Assembly: GCA_963803925.1 (NCBI GenBank)
Contig: CAWDOM010000005.1
Coordinates: 5,088-69,087, forward strand
DNA from: an uncultured Actinomycetota bacterium
Lineage (GTDB): Bacteria > Actinomycetota > Thermoleophilia > RBG-16-64-13
Direction: 5' to 3'
DNA length: 64,000 nt
Shown here: positions 60,355 to 64,000 of the stretch, in pieces
How the letters are laid out: each line of letters opens with the position of its first letter
Numbering within the stretch: position 1 is the first letter of the stretch
Made by a program: the position numbers and the translations under genes
The notes under the pieces: model-generated
The model's database searches: none
What the model was told of the DNA's origin: nothing
The model's input: the letters and a program-made list of their open reading frames with translations, nothing else

Positions 60355-63014
60355 GTGACGAAGCCGATCGAGACGCCAGAAGAAGAGCCCAAAGAGGAGG
60401 CCGCGGTCAAGACGGTCGTGCGTGACATCAGCTGGCTCGGAGCGCCGTGGGGTGCGAACGCCTGCATGGTCGACGTCAGGGATGGCAAGATCCTTCGAAT
60501 CCGGCCCACCCGCTTCTACGACAAGTACACCAAGGAGCAGGTCAAGCCCTGGGTGATGCACGCCCGGGGCAAGACCTTCGAGCCAGGCGACAAGACCCTC
60601 CCCCCTCCTCTGTCGATCGCCTACAAGCGGCGCATCTACTCCCCGGCACGCATCCGCTACCCCATGAAGCGTGTCGATTTCGACCCGAACGGCGCCCCCG
60701 GCTCGCCGGCGCGGGTGGGCGCAACATCCAGAACCGGGGCAAGAGCAAGTACGTGCGCATCAGTTGGGATGAAGCGCTGGACATCATCACCAGCGAGATG
60801 CTCCGCGTCAAAGACAAGTACGGGCCGACCGCGATTCTCTATCAGAACGACCAGCACGGCGAGAACAAGGTCGTGCACGGGCCACATGGTTGCGGTCGCA
60901 AGTTGCTGCGCATGTTCGGCGGCTTTACCCACCAGGTTCGCAACGCCGACAGCTGGGAAGGCTGGTGGTGGGGAGCCAAGCACGTGTGGGGCTGCGAATG
61001 GCTGGGCCAGCAGAAACCCCAGCAGAACCTGCTCTTCGACATAGCCAGGAACGCCGAGCTACTCCTATTCTGGGGTTGCGACCAGGAGACGACCACCTGG
61101 GGATGGGGCGGGCAACTCTGCAGCCGCCTGAGCTACTGGTGGACCGAACTGGGAATCAAGCAGATCTACATCGCTCCCGACTTGAACTACGCCGCGGCCG
61201 TCCACGCCGACCGCTGGATCCCCGTCTTGCCGAACACCGACGCCGCGCTCTACCTTGCCATCGCGTACCGGTGGTTTCAGAGAGGCACGTATGACAAGGA
61301 GTACCTCGCCACCCACGCCTATGGTGTCGACAAGTTCGAGGCATACGTGACGGGTGAAGACGATGGCGTGGTGAAGAGCCCGGAGTGGGCGGAACCGATA
61401 ACGGGCGTTCCCGCACGGGTGATCAAAGCCCTGGCGGACGAATGGGCCTCCAAGCGCACCACGGTGGTCATCGGCAACGGGGGCCCAGGCATCCGCGGCC
61501 CGTACTCCACCGAGCCCGCCCGCCTGCAGGCCATCTGCCTCGGCATGCAGGGCCTAGGCAAGCCAGGCGTCAACCAGGCAAAGATGATCGAATGGGCTCT
61601 TGACCTAGATCCGGAATACCAGTCGGCCCCCGCGCCATCGGTACGGACCAGCTTCGGGGCCGCTGCGCGAGGCGACGGACCGCCGGAGTTCGGCCGCGAT
61701 TCGCTTGTGCCAAAGACGCTTGTTCCCAAACTCATCCTCGACGGCGAAGGCGAGTGGTACGGCAACCGGTATGGCATGCGCAGCCCTCGGGAGGAGCAGT
61801 TCATCAAGTACAAGTATCCGGCCGACGGGTGCTCCAAGATCCACATGATCTGGACCGACTCCCCCTCCTGGATCACGTGCTGGAACGACGGCAATAACTA
61901 CATCCGCGCGATGCGCGACCAGTCGATCGAGTTCATCTTCTGCCAGCATCCGTGGATCGAAAACGACGCGCTCTTCGCGGACGTGCTCCTACCCGTCAAC
62001 ACCAAGCTCGAAGAGGATGACATCGGCAGCGACGTCTTCAGCGGGCAGATGGACCTGCTCTACCCGCAGCCCCGCTGCATCGAGCCTCTCGGCGAGTCGT
62101 TCAGCGACTACGAGATCGTGTGCAAGATAGCCGAGCGACTCGGCATGCTGGAGGAGTACACCGACGGTAAGACGATTCCGGAGCTCATCAGAATGGGCTA
62201 CGAGGCCTCCGGTTCGGCGGACAAGGTCACGTGGGAGGAGTTGAACGAGAAGGGCTACTACGTCATCCCGCCCAACCCCGAATGGGAAAAGATCCCTCCG
62301 GGACTCCTCGAGTTCTACCAGGACCCAGAGAAGCACCCCCTGAACACGCCGACGGGCAAGCTGGAGTTCTATTCCACCGGACTGGCGGAGCACTTTCCCG
62401 ACGACGAGGAACGTCCGCCCGTGCCGAAGTGGATACCGCGGGGCCCCTCGCACGAGGAGACCCTGGGTACCGAGCGGAGCAAGAAGTATCCGCTGCTGGT
62501 CGTCAGCAACCACCCGCGCTGGGGCGTGCACTCTCAGCATGACGACGTCACCTGGCTGCGGGAGATCGAGACCTGCAAGATACGGGGCTCAGACGGCTAC
62601 CAGTACCACCCACTCTGGATGAACCCGGTCGACGCCGCCGCCCGCGATATCAGGCACGGCGATGTGGTCGGCATCTTCAACGAGCGCGGCACCGTGCTCG
62701 CCGGAGCCTACGTCACCCAGCGCATCGTGCCCGGCGCGGTGGGCATCGACCACGGGGCCAAGTACGACCCCATAGTGCCGGGCGAGATCGACCGGGGCGG
62801 GGTCATCAACACCATCGTGCCCCGCAACACCACGTCGCAGAACACGGTGGGAATGGCGGTGTCGGGCTTCCTGGTCCAGGTAGAGAAGGCCGATCTGGAG
62901 ACCTTGCGCGCCAAGTACCCAGAACCGTTCGCGAGGGAATGTCACGTGACTGCCGGTCCTTGCGTGGCCGGTGTGATGGAGGAAGACACCTACTATGGAG
63001 GTTCTACGGCATGA
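60355..63014 (+). pseudogene. molybdopterin oxidoreductase large subunit, transhydroxylase (AthL)/RhL-type paralogue 2; one frameshift near 60705; no adjacent BthL-type subunit
   Basis: GTG at 60355 after AAGGAGAG. ORF 60355..61044 (…RIRYPMKRVDFDPNGAPG) switches at a C5 run into ORF 60447..63014 (GGRNIQNRGKSKYVRISWDEALDIITSEM...NADSWEGWWWGAKHVWG...FADVLLPVNTKLEEDDI...). The N-terminus has no Cys cluster and no Tat signal. Confidence 0.8.
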
Positions 63015-64000
63015 GAAGGAATATCGCCCGGTTCGTGGTCGATACGCATTGTCACATCACCACGCTCTATCAGCCTGCGAACGAGGCCGGGTGGGAGAAG
63101 GTCGAGAACGAGGAGTGGACCGGCCTGGCTGACGAGCTCGCTCCCTTCGACAACTGTTTCCTCACCATGTACGACATGGACCGCTACGGGGTGGACATGG
63201 CCATTCTCCTCCCCAGCATCTTCGGGACGCTCAACGAGACTCAGGCCAAGTTGGTCAAGCGCTTTCCCGACCGGTTTCGCGCCTGCTGCAGCGACCAGAA
63301 GACCGTGCTCGACGCCATACGGGGCAAAACGCCGTGGACGTTCAAGGCGGCGCTCGAGGAGGTCGAACAGGCGCTCAAGACCGGCTGGTTCGTCGGCATC
63401 GGCGAATTCTCGCCCGGGTCCTTCTCGCGGTGGTGCCAGATACCCGGAGGCGAAGGCAAAGTGAGCCTTGAGCAGAGGGTGGAAGAATATGCGGCGCTGT
63501 GCGAGCTCGCGGTCAAGTACGACGTGCCGGTGCTGAGCCACGACCAGTTCTTGCACCCCCGAGACGGCGACTGGACGCTCACCGAGTTGCTCGCGAAGGT
63601 CTCGGAGATGAACCCCAAGGCGAAGATCCTCCAGACGCACGGCTGCGTGGAAGACGAGTGGGAACGGGGTCAGGACGCCATCCGCGACATGTATACCGTG
63701 GTCGCCTCCTTGGACAACGTCTACATGGAGACAGGGGGATGGAGCGAGCGGCAGTTCGAGATAGCCTTCGAGGTCGGCGTGACGGCCAATCACCTCACCT
63801 GGGGCCACGACTACGGCAACGTGCCCCAGCACATCGTGCGCCGCGGCGTGGGGAAATGGGGACCCGAACCAAAGGAATTCGAGTACCGCACGACCATGTC
63901 ACGCATGATGTTCGGCTACGAAGACTGGCCCGCCGTGCCGACCTATCAGCCCGACTTCTACGGGTGGGGTCTGCGGACCGTCGACAGAGTAGGCGACTGG
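63011..64000 (+). CDS. Amidohydro_2 paralogue 4 (partial, runs off the right edge)
   Basis: The ATG at 63011 overlaps the Mo-subunit stop (ATGA). Hand translation gives MRRNIARFVVDTHCHITTLYQPANEAGWEKV...YDMDRYGVDMAILLPS...GIGEFSPG...VYMETGGW..., open to position 64000. It is not in the ORF track because there is no stop in the window. Confidence 0.8.
   Translation, partial: MRRNIARFVVDTHCHITTLYQPANEAGWEKVENEEWTGLADELAPFDNCFLTMYDMDRYGVDMAILLPSIFGTLNETQAKLVKRFPDRFRACCSDQKTVLDAIRGKTPWTFKAALEEVEQALKTGWFVGIGEFSPGSFSRWCQIPGGEGKVSLEQRVEEYAALCELAVKYDVPVLSHDQFLHPRDGDWTLTELLAKVSEMNPKAKILQTHGCVEDEWERGQDAIRDMYTVVASLDNVYMETGGWSERQFEIAFEVGVTANHLTWGHDYGNVPQHIVRRGVGKWGPEPKEFEYRTTMSRMMFGYEDWPAVPTYQPDFYGWGLRTVDRVGDW

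Overview
GC-rich bacterial chromosomal window. The lineage cannot be fixed from sequence alone. Tat-lipoprotein solute-binding proteins with Thr/Ala linkers, an RRM RNA-binding protein and AGGAGG-type ribosome-binding sites (RBS) suggest a Chloroflexota/Actinomycetota-like organism. The window is almost wall-to-wall catabolic genes with a (poly)phenol/aromatic flavour. I saw no phage genes, CRISPR array or recognisable defence genes.

Layout:
- 1-1.8 kb: furA-katG.
- 1.9-11.9 kb: a long minus-strand operon. It encodes an FAD dehydrogenase, a truncated solute-binding protein, a nitronate-monooxygenase-like protein, a LigM-type tetrahydrofolate (THF)-dependent O-demethylase, an MBL-fold hydrolase, and a beta+alpha pair resembling pyrogallol-phloroglucinol transhydroxylase / resorcinol hydroxylase.
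- 12.2-14.6 kb: a FosA-'TetR chimera, PlsC and patatin.
- 14.8-22.5 kb and 30.4-38.4 kb: two paralogous modules, each with FAD-linked oxidase(s), a CCG-type Fe-S protein, an enoate-reductase-type OYE flavoprotein and a transporter. One module is under an IclR regulator. An IS481-like relic lies between the modules.
- 23.6-29.8 kb: hybrid histidine kinase, class-III aminotransferase, MFS transporter and cupin.
- 38.7 kb: tRNA-Lys(UUU).
- 40.2-47.2 kb: an orphan eight-gene minus-strand operon. Order: SDR, FabH-like alpha, FabH-like beta (Cys->Asn), TPR, DUF4037 nucleotidyltransferase, DUF4125, ABM monooxygenase, Fe-ADH.
- 47.9-64 kb: an IclR-centred divergent supercluster. It contains four Amidohydro_2 paralogues (two in tandem), a LivKHMGF-type ABC importer, a small 2Fe-2S ferredoxin, an AprA/AprB-like flavoprotein-ferredoxin pair, a cupin and a second, beta-less transhydroxylase-type Mo subunit.

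Many genes are split by frameshifts, concentrated at 1.9-10.2 kb and 49.3-60.7 kb. I rebuilt their coordinates by hand-joining frames. The three junctions I resolved sit in G/C homopolymers, so assembly indels are at least as likely as true pseudogenisation.

All functional calls come from motif and family recall without database searches.
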